DNA of 64,000 nucleotides, from positions 20,401-84,400 of the forward strand of contig JAFRDO010000010.1 of the NCBI GenBank assembly GCA_017403825.1, given 5' to 3'. Source of the stretch: Kiritimatiellia bacterium. GTDB lineage: Bacteria > Verrucomicrobiota > Kiritimatiellia > RFP12 > UBA1067. The notes below the pieces were generated by a model, which was not told the DNA's origin, did no database searches, and saw nothing but the letters and a program-made list of their open reading frames with translations. A program made the translations under genes and the position numbers. Of this stretch, positions 55,133 to 63,985 are shown piece by piece (the first letter of the stretch is position 1; each line of letters starts with the position of its first letter).

Positions 55133-56052
55133 CGCTCGATTTCCTTGCTGTATCCCGCGCCATGCTCCGTGAAGTCGAAGACCTGGCCGTCCTTTAGCTC
55201 TACGAACTGAATGATTCCGTAGATGGGAAGCTTCTCTTTCTTGCACAACCTGCCTATCCAGTTGGGAGTGAAGCACCAAGCGAAGCGCACAGCGCCGTCC
55301 TTGCCGCCGGGCACGACGTCGATTCCGTGGTTCCACCCGAACCTGTGCTTGGCGACGACTTTGAAGGTGTCCTTGTCGTGCACGACCACGTTCGGCGTCC
55401 TGGCGGCTTCATCATGGGTGTAGTGGCTGGAGTAGATGTACTTGCCGTCCGTCGTCATGTTCTGGGAACCGCAGTCCGAATCATCACCGTGATCCACAAA
55501 GAACGGCTCGCCTATCTGCTCGAGCGTCTCGGTCTTGAACTTGCAGTACCAGCACTTGCGTCCGCTCTTCTTCACCGGGTCGTACTTGCCGGTGGCGCCC
55601 ATTGCGAGGTAGATTACCCCATCCAGGCACGTGATGCCGTCAACGCCGGCATCCAGCGACTTGACCCTCTGGGTCTTGAGAAGCTCCAGCGTGTCGGCGT
55701 CGTACATGTAGATGGCGCCGCACCACTTTTCGCCCTTCTCCTTGGGCTTGCGCCATACGCCGGTGTAGAGCTTGCCGTTCCAGATGCAGATGTCTCCGCC
55801 ATGGGGATCCGTCGGCGTGCGATTGAGGAGCCGCCCGTACCAGTCCGTCTTCACGATCTGGTCGTGGAACGAGAAGTATATGGCGTTCGAGCTGACGCAC
55901 ATGCCCTGAACGTGCCCGCACCATTTCTTTGTCTGGCCGTACTGTTCCTGAATGGCGCCCGGCTCGGTGACGATGGTCGTCCAGTTCGGCACCTTCCACG
56001 CGAACGCCGTTCCGGCAAGCAGTCCGCAGCACAGCAAAACAATTTTCTTCAT
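55129..56052 (-). CDS. Secreted HxQGMC-domain family protein (copy 2)
   Basis: The start was chosen at the ATG at 56052 ([18 protein letters not shown]) with an AAGAAGGGA RBS. The conserved blocks [36 protein letters not shown] and [12 protein letters not shown] are present. Confidence 0.6.
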   Translation of the reverse strand: MKKIVLLCCGLLAGTAFAWKVPNWTTIVTEPGAIQEQYGQTKKWCGHVQGMCVSSNAIYFSFHDQIVKTDWYGRLLNRTPTDPHGGDICIWNGKLYTGVWRKPKEKGEKWCGAIYMYDADTLELLKTQRVKSLDAGVDGITCLDGVIYLAMGATGKYDPVKKSGRKCWYCKFKTETLEQIGEPFFVDHGDDSDCGSQNMTTDGKYIYSSHYTHDEAARTPNVVVHDKDTFKVVAKHRFGWNHGIDVVPGGKDGAVRFAWCFTPNWIGRLCKKEKLPIYGIIQFVELKDGQVFDFTEHGAGYSKEIER

Positions 56053-56196
56053 GATTCTGATCCCTTCTTTTTCCCTGATTGAGGAACTCCGATGGTTGGC
56101 AAATGTGGCTCCGCTGCGCCTGTGCTTAGCCCCAGAGAACCGCATCCCAGTTAACATTGAAAAGGATGAGACGTACCAGGCCATACAAGTAGGACC

Positions 56197-57072
56197 TTAC
56201 CGGTCGAGGGGCTTGCGGAAGATGCAGTGGCGGGAGATGTCGCGTATCTTGCCGTCCTTCAGCTCGGCGAACTGGACAAGCCCCTGGACCGGAACCGCGC
56301 ACTTGGTGCTGGAGCCTATCCAGTTGATCGTGGTGCAGTAGATGAACCGCACCGCGCCGTCCTTGCCGCCGGGCACGACGTCAACGCCCTGCCGCCAGCC
56401 GAAAAGATGTGCGCCCTTCACGTTCATGTCCTTGTCGAACATGATGAAGCACGGAGTGTCGGCCGTCTCGTCGGGACAGTAGTAGTTGGCGTAGATGAAC
56501 TTGCCGTCGGTCGTCATGTTCTGGACGCCAGCGCTGCAGTCGAAGCCGTGGTCGAGACGGAACGGCTCGCAAAGCGGCTTCAGCGTCTCGGCGTCAAACT
56601 TGCCGTACCAGTTGCCGCGATACGGCTGCTCCTTGGTGCCAGCCGGTCCCAGCCCCACGTACAGCACGCCGTCTAGGCATGTGATGCCGTCGGCCGGCCG
56701 CGCAAACGTCTGCTCCTTTATGAAGTTCAGGTCCTCGTCGAACATCTGGATGCGACCGCGCACCCCGTCTGTGTTGGAATGGCACACTGCCGTGTAGAGC
56801 CGACCATTCCAAAGACAGATGTCGCCGGTATGGCGCATGACCTCCACGCGCTTTACGAGGCGCCCAAGCCAGTCCGTCTTGACGATCTGCGTATGGTAGG
56901 CGAAGTAAAGGGCGTTGGAGTTGGCGCACATGCCCTGAACGTGTCCGCACCATGTCTTGCCAACGAACTCCTTCACCGCTCCGACTTCGGTAAGGCGCGG
57001 ATCCCAGCTAGGCACCTCCCAGGCGAACGCCGCTCCTGCCGCAAGCGTTGCGATGACAACCAGTCTCTTCAT
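56197..57072 (-). CDS. Secreted HxQGMC-domain family protein (copy 3, tandem to copy 2)
   Basis: The ATG at 57072 has a GGAAAGGGA RBS and a signal peptide. It is the closest paralog of 8861..9754; many blocks are identical ([46 protein letters not shown]). Confidence 0.6.
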   Translation of the reverse strand: MKRLVVIATLAAGAAFAWEVPSWDPRLTEVGAVKEFVGKTWCGHVQGMCANSNALYFAYHTQIVKTDWLGRLVKRVEVMRHTGDICLWNGRLYTAVCHSNTDGVRGRIQMFDEDLNFIKEQTFARPADGITCLDGVLYVGLGPAGTKEQPYRGNWYGKFDAETLKPLCEPFRLDHGFDCSAGVQNMTTDGKFIYANYYCPDETADTPCFIMFDKDMNVKGAHLFGWRQGVDVVPGGKDGAVRFIYCTTINWIGSSTKCAVPVQGLVQFAELKDGKIRDISRHCIFRKPLDR

Positions 57073-57084
57073 GTCGTCCCTTTC

Positions 57085-58074
57085 CTATTCGCCATCAGGC
57101 CCTTCGGCCTTGTCCGCTTTCTGATCGTCCTTGCCAGGATCGGCAGGGCGGAACTCCCAGTCAGGGTAGAGGGTCTTCAGCGTTTCGCGGTAGTAGTCGG
57201 CGTCAATCACGCGGTCATCCTTGAGCGCCTGGACATACAGGGACTCGAGCGACCCGACAATCGCCGCGCGGACGTCCGACGCCTCCTTTGCGAACGCCTC
57301 GTTCACCAGACGCTGCTCGCGCGCGAGCTTGCGGGACTCACGGGGAATCGAGCGGTCGGTTTCAGGATCATATACAACCTTCACCTGCTTCTTGACGTTG
57401 CCGTCCGCATCGATGATCGTGTCTTCCTGTCCGCCGGCCCAAGAGAGGTCAGCCACTGTCTTTTCCGGCTTAAGAGCGCGTTCGCGTTCCTCAAGGTCGG
57501 TCTTCCATTCGGCGAGGTCACGAGCCAGCGTCTCAAAGTCGATCTTATGGAGTTCCAGCAGCTTTGCCTCCGCTATAACCTTGTCGGCCTTAAGCTTTTC
57601 AGCTGCGAGCTTCGCCTCCTCGGCTTCCGCCTTGGAAGCCTCTGCCATGGCATTCTCGCGGGCGGTTTCCTGTTCCGCCTTGGCGGCCTCGGCCTTTGCC
57701 TTCGCTTCGTCCCGTGCCGCCTTGGCGGCCTCGGCCTTCGCGCGCTCCGCCTTTGCGTTCGCCTCGGCTGCGGCCCTCTTTTCGGCTGCGGCCTGGGCCT
57801 CAAGCTCCGCCGTGCCACGCGCGGTCTTCTCCGCCTCCAGCGCATCGGCCTTTGCCTTCGCGTTGGCTTCCGCTGCACGGCGCTTTTCGGTCTCGGCAGC
57901 GGCAGCCTTCTCCGCCGCGCGAGCTTTCGCGGAAGCAGCATCGGCGCGCGCCGCCTCCGCATCGGCCTGCGCACGCTCGGCCTTTGCGCGGTTCACATAC
58001 ACGACAGCCGCACCAACCGACGCCGCAATGACGGCGAGGCAGACTGCTATGATTGAAATTGTCTTGGCATTCAT
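57085..58074 (-). CDS. Membrane-anchored Ala/Glu/Lys-rich coiled-coil protein (TolA-like)
   Basis: The ATG at 58074 gives an N-terminal TM helix (MNAKTISIIAVCLAVIAASVGAAVV). This is followed by ~150 aa of AEAKAKAEA-type low-complexity helix and a C-terminal globular part. Confidence 0.5.
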   Translation of the reverse strand: MNAKTISIIAVCLAVIAASVGAAVVYVNRAKAERAQADAEAARADAASAKARAAEKAAAAETEKRRAAEANAKAKADALEAEKTARGTAELEAQAAAEKRAAAEANAKAERAKAEAAKAARDEAKAKAEAAKAEQETARENAMAEASKAEAEEAKLAAEKLKADKVIAEAKLLELHKIDFETLARDLAEWKTDLEERERALKPEKTVADLSWAGGQEDTIIDADGNVKKQVKVVYDPETDRSIPRESRKLAREQRLVNEAFAKEASDVRAAIVGSLESLYVQALKDDRVIDADYYRETLKTLYPDWEFRPADPGKDDQKADKAEGPDGE

Positions 58075-58102
58075 CGGAGAACTCCTTTGGACGAGGGAGC
58101 GT

Positions 58103-58263
58103 GATGACGTGAGAGACATGTGGGACGCGAGAGACGCGAGGCAGAGATGGCGTGAGTGACAAGGGGGACGCGAGAGACGCGAGGGCTCTCGCCTCTCATG
58201 TCTCTCACGTCCCTCATGTCATTAGCCATCTCGTCTCTCACGTCTCTCACGCCCCTCTCGTCA
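58103..58263. repeat. Composite repeat element: an inverted arm (58103-58183) plus a direct arm (58184-58263) built from degenerate 9-mers (CTCTCAYGT / ACGTGAGAG); the direct arm is identical to 59054-59133
   Basis: An 80-bp identity (GGCTCTCGCCTCTCATGTCTCTCACGTCCCTCATGTCATTAGCCATCTCGTCTCTCACGTCTCTCACGCCCCTCTCGTCA) is found at both loci. An exact 15-bp inverted repeat GACGTGAGAGACATG / CATGTCTCTCACGTC is present. Confidence 0.8.
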
Positions 58264-59121
58264 CCCGGCTCGAACGAACGGCCGCGTTCCGTTGCAATGC
58301 GGATAGTCGCAACAGCTCCAGAATGGTTTCCCGGCGTTTCGGCCTTTGCGCGCGACCATCTTTCGCATTGGTCCTCCACAATCGGGGCACTCCGGCGCGG
58401 CAACGGCGTCCTTCGCATCGCGCGCCGCCAGCCGAACCCGCGAAAGTCGCTCGGTGAAGCCGCCCTCTTCGGTGAAGGCGTCGCCTATCGCAAGCATCTG
58501 CTTGTGCAGAAGTCCACAGGCCCGGTCGATCACAATCAGCAAGGAGTTCGCCGCAACAATTGGGTCTTCGGCTTCAAGATGCGGCGCAAAGCGATTGCGC
58601 ATCTCCAAGATGTATTCGCCGTAGTCATGGCGGGACAAAGGCCCACCGTAGGGGTCAATGACGAGTGACGAGAGAGAGGAGTGACGCGGATCAGACGGCG
58701 ACCACGGTGCAACACCAGCGTCGACAAGGAACGCCTCGTAGTCGCCGGCAAGTTCTTCAAGCGAAGCCTTGGCCACATCATAGAGACGAAGCTCGGTCTC
58801 CTTCGAGGTCCCGGACCTGGAAGAGCCTTCAACGATATTCTGCCGCGCCGACCGCGCTGCGCCGACCATCTGCCCTGTAGTCTTGCCTAGCGCGTCGTTC
58901 TTGTAGTCGTAGTTGCGACGGCAGAAGAGCGTCGTGGCATGGTAAATGAGACACACATATCCGAAAGTCAGCGTCTTGCGATAGCCACCATACGCGCCAA
59001 TGATGCGCGACGATGTGGACGATTGGCGGACGGAGAAGGCGCGAGCGGCGTGATGGCTCTCGCCTCTCATGTCTCTCACGTCCCTCATGTCATTAGCCAT
59101 CTCGTCTCTCACGTCTCTCAC
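58261..59121 (-). CDS. Four-helix-bundle protein (23S rRNA intervening-sequence protein family, TIGR02436-like) fused to a C-terminal topoisomerase-type C4 zinc ribbon
   Basis: The core 'YKNDALGKTTGQMVGAARSARQNIVEGSSR...SLEEL' matches the 4HB family signature (QLRRAA.SI..NIAEG). The C-terminal 'CPDCGGPM...GKPFWSCCDYPHCNGT' matches the zf-C4_Topoisom pattern. The start lies inside the repeat, with a GTG at 59121 and ATGs at 59100, 59088 and 59070. Confidence 0.55.
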   Translation of the reverse strand: MRDVRDEMANDMRDVRDMRGESHHAARAFSVRQSSTSSRIIGAYGGYRKTLTFGYVCLIYHATTLFCRRNYDYKNDALGKTTGQMVGAARSARQNIVEGSSRSGTSKETELRLYDVAKASLEELAGDYEAFLVDAGVAPWSPSDPRHSSLSSLVIDPYGGPLSRHDYGEYILEMRNRFAPHLEAEDPIVAANSLLIVIDRACGLLHKQMLAIGDAFTEEGGFTERLSRVRLAARDAKDAVAAPECPDCGGPMRKMVARKGRNAGKPFWSCCDYPHCNGTRPFVRAG

Positions 59122-59133
59122 GCCCCTCTCGTC
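59054..59133. repeat. Second identical copy of the 80-bp repeat arm, abutting the secretin stop codon and containing the start codons of the 4HB gene
   Basis: This is a direct observation. It is identical to 58184-58263. Confidence 0.8.
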
Positions 59134-62100
59134 ATTCTATGGGCTTCGCAGCTTCTGGCTTCGCCTCAGCCGCAGGCTTTACCTCGGCAACAGGCTCTGG
59201 CTTGACCTCCGCCACAGGCTCGGGCTTCACTTCGGCGACCGGCTCCGGCTTCACTTCTGCAACAGGCTCAGACTTTGCCTCAGCATCCTGTTTCTCGGCC
59301 TTGGCCTTAGCCTTCTCCGCCTTCTCGGCATCGAGCTTTGTGCGCTCGTTGTCGCTGTGCGTAAGCTCCTCGTTCGCCTTGATCTCCTTTTCGGCCGCAG
59401 CAAGCTTCTTAGCCCTAACATCTTCGGCGAGCTTCTTGAGCTCCTCCTGACTTTCCTTGTCGAGCATCTTCTCCTCAAGCTCCTTCTGCTTCTCCTCCTC
59501 CAGCTCCTCCTTGTGCATCTTGAGCCAGAGGTCGCGCTCCTCCTTCGAGAGCGACTGCAGCTTCTTGGCGCGCTCCACCTTCTCCGTCTCGATGGCGATC
59601 TTAGTCTTGCGCTCCTCGTCCTGCTTCTTCCACTCGTCCTTAAGGCGCCTGAGCTGTTCACGCTTGCTGACAGGATCGGCCAGCTTCGACGCGGACCACC
59701 CATGGTCATCCCACGGCCTCGGGTCGGACAGCGTCTTCTTGCGGCGAATCGCCTCAGCCTGCGCCGCATCAGCCTCATCCAGCACATAAGGCGTTAAAAA
59801 GATTAGAAGTTCCTTTCTGGTCTCGGTTTTTGAGACGCTGCCAAAAAGCCAGCCTATCCATGGGAGATCCTTCAAATATGGAATGCCTTTCTCGGATTCG
59901 GCCTCAGCAGTCTCGGTCATTCCGGCGAAAACAACCGTCTGGCCATCTTCAAGCAGCACATCCGCCGTCATCTTACGCTCAACGGCAATATCCACATACA
60001 TCGTGTCATATGTCTCTCCAAATGGAACCAACATCGTCTGGCCATTATACTTTACTTGCGAATACTCCTCCTCGACTGTCAGCATGACCGTGCCATTCGG
60101 GTTGATCTTGGGAGTAATCTTCAGCTTGATGCCGATATCTTTTGCACTGTAGTTTGGCGTAGGCTTGCCGCTGTTGCCATAACTGCCCGACTGCGCGGAC
60201 CAACCGGTGATGAACTGCCTGTTCTCGGTCGCATCAATCGTCGCCTCCTTGTTGTCAACCGTCATGACAACAGGCGAGGCAATGTATTTTGAATGATCGT
60301 CCGTCTTCGACGCCTGAAGAATCGCCGAAAGACCCAATTTATCTGAATCAAAAACAAATGTAAGCGTTTTGCCGAACAAGTTTGACGTGACGCCCGATGC
60401 GATGTTGTAGGCCTGCGAACCACCGGACTCGCCACCGCCGAGCGCCGTCGCCATGCCGCCAGTATAGTAGTTCATTGCACCGGTACGGGCCACTTCCGCC
60501 GCCGTTCCGGCGAACGTGCTCACCGAATCAGTGACGGTCCTGACCCAAGTGACTTCTTTCCCATCTTCCGTAGTCGTAAACCTAGATGTCGACGAAGTCG
60601 CGGGATACGTACTTGGCACCAAGTCGGAAAGAACAGATGTTGACGAACTGTAGGCAGAGCCGTCCTTTGTCAGAGAGATTTCCCGCTGTTTGTGAAACAG
60701 CTCACGTCCCTGTTCATCCTTCGCGACGCCGTACACCTTCTCCCGCCCCTTCTGCACCCAGTCCAAGCCAGTCTCGATACCGTCGCCGAGACCGACCTCG
60801 ATGATGACCGTCTCGATAAGCACCTGAGAGAGCTTGATGTCCATCGACTCGATGATCTGCTCCAGCGTCGGCACGAGCTCCCTTTGCGTCATGACGACCA
60901 GGCCGTTGATGCGCTTGTCGTGGAGGACGGTGGTGTTCTCCTTGTTGAGTTCGCCGGCCTTGACGTCGCCGGTGCGCTGGTTGGCCGACTTCTTCGCGGC
61001 GGGCGTGCCGCCTGTAGGCGTGTTGCGCGTAAGGTTGCCGCCGCTGCCCTGCTTGGCGTTCTGGTTCTGGTTCGCCTTGCTGGACCCCTTCGACGACGGC
61101 GCGTTGCCGATGAGGTCGTTGATCATGTCGGAGACGTCCTCGGCAAGGGCGTACTTGAGGCGGTACACCTTTACTACGGTGTCGGGCGTGGTCTCCACGT
61201 CAAGCTGCTCGATGACCTTGTCGAAGAAGTCCATGTTAGATTTCATCGTCACGATGATGAGCTTGTTCGACCGCTCGTCGGCGAGGATCAGCACCTTGCC
61301 GCGTATCATGCCGCGGTCCGCGTCGGAGACGTTCATCACGAGCGACTGGTTGTTGGCCGCCGCTGCGGGCTGGTTGCCAGTCTGGCCGGGACGGCGCAGA
61401 GTGCTGCCAAGAAGCGGCGGACGCGGAGCGTCGTGCTGCTGCTGAGCCTGGTTCTGGTTCACGGTCTTGCCGTTCTTCTCCTGTTCCTTCTGCGATTCCT
61501 GCACGATCGCCTCGAGCGCCGTCTTGATGTCCTGCGCGGAGGCGTTCTTCACCTGGCGCACGAACACGTTCTCAAGTACGGGCGTCGCCACGTCGACCGC
61601 TCTCGCGATCTCGAGCATGCGGTTGATGTTCTGCTCGGTATCGGTGACGAGAATCGAGTTCGTGCGCTCGAACACGAGCAGGATGCCGTTGTTCGACCTC
61701 AGGCCCTCAAGCACCTTCTGCGCCTCGTCGGTGGCGATGTTCTTGAACGGAATCATCATCGACACGGTGCGGCTAGTCTCGCCGAGCTTCGCCTCCGGAT
61801 CCATGATGAGCGGAATGCCCTCCTTGCGCACGTCTTTGCGGGGCAGCGCGCGGACGAAGCTCTCGCCGTATGGCTCGATGTGGACTCCGTTCATCTCGAG
61901 GATCGTCTCTATGGCCTCGATGTACTCCTCGTCGGTGAGCTTCTGCCCGGGGCGCGTCTTCAGCGTGATCGTCGCGCTCGGGCAGGCGGGGTCCTTGAGG
62001 ACGGTCTTGCCGACGCGCTCTCCGTACGCCTGCAGCACGATGTCGACGGGCGCGGCGTCCCAGTTCAGCGCCGACGGATCGGCGTCCTCGGCCTCCGTCT

Positions 62101-62368
62101 CGGAGGAGTCGGGAGCGGTCGGTGCCGTGGAGCGCGACGAACGCGACGAGCGAGACTCGGACGACCTGTTGTTGCGGCCGTTGCGGTTGCGGTTCAAAAA
62201 CGACTGCGCCGAAGCCGATTCGGCGACGACGGCGGCAAGCGCAAGCGCCGCGACGATGACGAGAGTGACGCGTGTGACGCGAGAGACGAGAGAACCAATG
62301 CCCCCCGTGTCACTCGCGTCCCTCTTGCCGCCAAGTCTCTCGTCACATAAGTCTCTCGTGTCTCTCAT
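59132..62368 (-). CDS. Secretin of the type II secretion / type IV pilus family (GspD/PilQ-like) with a long C-terminal Lys/Glu-rich extension
   Basis: The canonical secretin C-domain is present ('VLLEDGQTVVFAGM...KGIPYLKDLPWIGWLFGSVSKTETRKELLIFLTPYVL'), preceded by N0/N-domain-like repeats. The ATG at 62368 has a GGAAGGGAAAGAGG RBS. The 35-aa N-region before the hydrophobic core is encoded by a repeat copy. Confidence 0.85.
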   Translation of the reverse strand: MRDTRDLCDERLGGKRDASDTGGIGSLVSRVTRVTLVIVAALALAAVVAESASAQSFLNRNRNGRNNRSSESRSSRSSRSTAPTAPDSSETEAEDADPSALNWDAAPVDIVLQAYGERVGKTVLKDPACPSATITLKTRPGQKLTDEEYIEAIETILEMNGVHIEPYGESFVRALPRKDVRKEGIPLIMDPEAKLGETSRTVSMMIPFKNIATDEAQKVLEGLRSNNGILLVFERTNSILVTDTEQNINRMLEIARAVDVATPVLENVFVRQVKNASAQDIKTALEAIVQESQKEQEKNGKTVNQNQAQQQHDAPRPPLLGSTLRRPGQTGNQPAAAANNQSLVMNVSDADRGMIRGKVLILADERSNKLIIVTMKSNMDFFDKVIEQLDVETTPDTVVKVYRLKYALAEDVSDMINDLIGNAPSSKGSSKANQNQNAKQGSGGNLTRNTPTGGTPAAKKSANQRTGDVKAGELNKENTTVLHDKRINGLVVMTQRELVPTLEQIIESMDIKLSQVLIETVIIEVGLGDGIETGLDWVQKGREKVYGVAKDEQGRELFHKQREISLTKDGSAYSSSTSVLSDLVPSTYPATSSTSRFTTTEDGKEVTWVRTVTDSVSTFAGTAAEVARTGAMNYYTGGMATALGGGESGGSQAYNIASGVTSNLFGKTLTFVFDSDKLGLSAILQASKTDDHSKYIASPVVMTVDNKEATIDATENRQFITGWSAQSGSYGNSGKPTPNYSAKDIGIKLKITPKINPNGTVMLTVEEEYSQVKYNGQTMLVPFGETYDTMYVDIAVERKMTADVLLEDGQTVVFAGMTETAEAESEKGIPYLKDLPWIGWLFGSVSKTETRKELLIFLTPYVLDEADAAQAEAIRRKKTLSDPRPWDDHGWSASKLADPVSKREQLRRLKDEWKKQDEERKTKIAIETEKVERAKKLQSLSKEERDLWLKMHKEELEEEKQKELEEKMLDKESQEELKKLAEDVRAKKLAAAEKEIKANEELTHSDNERTKLDAEKAEKAKAKAEKQDAEAKSEPVAEVKPEPVAEVKPEPVAEVKPEPVAEVKPAAEAKPEAAKPIE
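59177..59272 (-). repeat. Four tandem 24-bp repeats encoding (KPEPVAEV)x4 at the secretin C-terminus
   Basis: Units of the form GGCTTCACTTCGGCGACCGGCTCC are visible on the plus strand at 59177-59272. Confidence 0.6.
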
Positions 62369-62372
62369 GTCC
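62262..62372. repeat. Third, diverged copy of the 9-mer-based inverted-arm repeat, overlapping the 5' end of the secretin gene
   Basis: 'GACGAGAGTGACGCGTGTGACGCGAGAGACGAGAG' and 'GTCTCTCGTCACATAAGTCTCTCGTGTCTCTCATG' mirror the two arm orientations seen at 58103-58263. Confidence 0.6.
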
Positions 62373-62384
62373 TCTTTCCCTTCC

Positions 62385-62927
62385 CTAGTTCTCCCTCATG
62401 TAGGCGCAATTGAGCGTGAAATCGATGTTAAGATAACCCTGCTTGCGGCTGGGCTTGGCCCTGAGCTGAGTAATGCTGAACATGCCGTCGTCGGTGTTCT
62501 CCAGCTCGTACATGAACTTGACAAGAGCCTCAAGCGAACCCTCGCTGCCAGTCACCTTCACCGGCAGCTCCTTCACGTCGTCGGCATCGATCTCCGCTTC
62601 GGCCTGGTGCTGCCCGAGCAGTATCAGGTTGCGCTGCGCGATCTCCTCCATCTTGCGCAGCCACGCGGTATCCGTCGACTTGCCGACGTCGAACGTCGGC
62701 ATCTGGGCCTTTTCGGCCTCGTACGCCTCCTCCCACTTCGACTTCTCGCCTATGAGCTTGCGCTCGCGGACGCACGTCTTTGCAGCCTCCTCGTACTTGC
62801 GCTGCGCCATCTTCCACGCGCGTTCGGAATACATGAACCAGACTCCGACAGCCGCCGCATACAGCACTACGACAATCCCGACGGCGAGAACCGCTTTCTC
62901 CTTCAGGCCCATCGCACTCATTGCCAC
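62385..62927 (-). CDS. PilO / GspM-like bitopic inner-membrane secretion-system component
   Basis: A single N-terminal TM helix is followed by a ~150-aa periplasmic coiled-coil/ferredoxin-like region. Its position is between the PilM/N-like gene and the secretin. Confidence 0.45.
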   Translation of the reverse strand: MAMSAMGLKEKAVLAVGIVVVLYAAAVGVWFMYSERAWKMAQRKYEEAAKTCVRERKLIGEKSKWEEAYEAEKAQMPTFDVGKSTDTAWLRKMEEIAQRNLILLGQHQAEAEIDADDVKELPVKVTGSEGSLEALVKFMYELENTDDGMFSITQLRAKPSRKQGYLNIDFTLNCAYMREN

Positions 62928-63985
62928 CCCTCCTCCGGGAAATCCAGCTCCAGCGTAAAGCGGAACCTTCCGCCGCGCGAAGAGCCGACGGACCCCATAC
63001 GGACCGCGCTGAACACGCGCTCGGCGTCGTCGCCCTCGCCGAACGCCATGTCCTCCAGCTTGTCCTTCAGCTCGTAGATGTATGACGACTGGCCGGCGTC
63101 GCCTTTCACGATTATGCCCTTGTCGCGCCGATAGTCCCAGTCAGACAGCGTGACGTCCTCCGGCAGGCGGTCGGAAACGGCCTTCAGGAGCTCGAGCGCG
63201 CTGTGGTCGCGGTCGGAGTACTTGCGCACTAGGTTCACCTTGTCGACCATCTTCTTTACCTCGGCGAACTTCGCGTGATGACGCTTCGTGTCGGTCTTCT
63301 GCCCGTCGGTCATGAAGCCGTACACGACCGGCACTCCGAAGAGGACGCCCATCACCAGCACCCATATGCCGACCGCGACGGCAAGGAACCGCGTAAGCTT
63401 CGACTTGAAGCGCGTCTCGGCGAGAACCTCGGCCCAGCTCGCCGGCAAGGCGTTCAGCGACTCGGCTTCCTCGCTGCGCTCTGCGACGCCGACAAGGCCG
63501 GCGTCGGCGCCTACGGTCAGCTCGCGGACAGGCGCAAAATCGGAAAGCGAAGAGAAGTCGGGCAGAGCCGGCGATTCCGTTTTTTCCGGAGATTCCGGAC
63601 TTTCCGGTTTCTCCGGCGCCTCGGATTTCACGACCACGATTTCGGCGAGCGGATTCGCACCACCGAAGTCTTCGGCCTCCAGAAGCGAAAGCATCAGCTC
63701 GCGCTTCAATTCGGCTCCGTCGGTAGTGGCGCGTATCGCGGTCGGCAGGTCGCCGTCCAGCACGAATATAGAAATGCAGTCGGGCGACGGGAAGAGAACC
63801 GCCCGTCGCGCCGAGCCTTCGCCAGTGCCGAGCGCGTTCCACACGCCGCGCAACTGCCCGAGCGCAAGGGAATCGACGCGGGTCACATTGAGCTTCGCCG
63901 CGTCAAGCGCGTCGGCGATGTCGTCCGCCGCGCTCTCAGGCAGGGCGGCGGCGATGACAGACGCGCCGTCATCGGCTTCGCGCAC
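62918..63985 (-). CDS. PilM-PilN-like fusion or GspL-like secretion-system protein; the N-terminus probably extends beyond the window
   Basis: A cytoplasmic actin-like C-subdomain pattern is followed by a TM helix (LAVAVGIWVLVMGVLFGVPVVYGF) and a PilN-like periplasmic domain. Confidence 0.4.
   Translation of the reverse strand: MREADDGASVIAAALPESAADDIADALDAAKLNVTRVDSLALGQLRGVWNALGTGEGSARRAVLFPSPDCISIFVLDGDLPTAIRATTDGAELKRELMLSLLEAEDFGGANPLAEIVVVKSEAPEKPESPESPEKTESPALPDFSSLSDFAPVRELTVGADAGLVGVAERSEEAESLNALPASWAEVLAETRFKSKLTRFLAVAVGIWVLVMGVLFGVPVVYGFMTDGQKTDTKRHHAKFAEVKKMVDKVNLVRKYSDRDHSALELLKAVSDRLPEDVTLSDWDYRRDKGIIVKGDAGQSSYIYELKDKLEDMAFGEGDDAERVFSAVRMGSVGSSRGGRFRFTLELDFPEEGWQ

Noticed and set aside
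57221-58159. 312-aa plus-strand ORF with Ala/Ser-rich repeats opposite the TolA-like gene
   Set aside because: It is the reverse-complement reading of the A/E/K-rich coiled-coil coding sequence. The minus-strand product has a TM anchor and an RBS.
58071-58418. 115-aa minus-strand ORF initiated inside the 58184-58263 repeat copy (...RDVRDEMANDMRDVRDMRGESPRVSRVPLV...)
   Set aside because: It reads out of the repeat into a non-coding-looking stretch and terminates right at the TolA-like start. It is more likely an untranslated leader than a gene.
60692-63077. Two long plus-strand ORFs (60692..62350 and 61467..63077) opposite the secretin and PilO-like genes
   Set aside because: They are antisense artefacts. 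The minus-strand secretin carries an unmistakable secretin C-domain.
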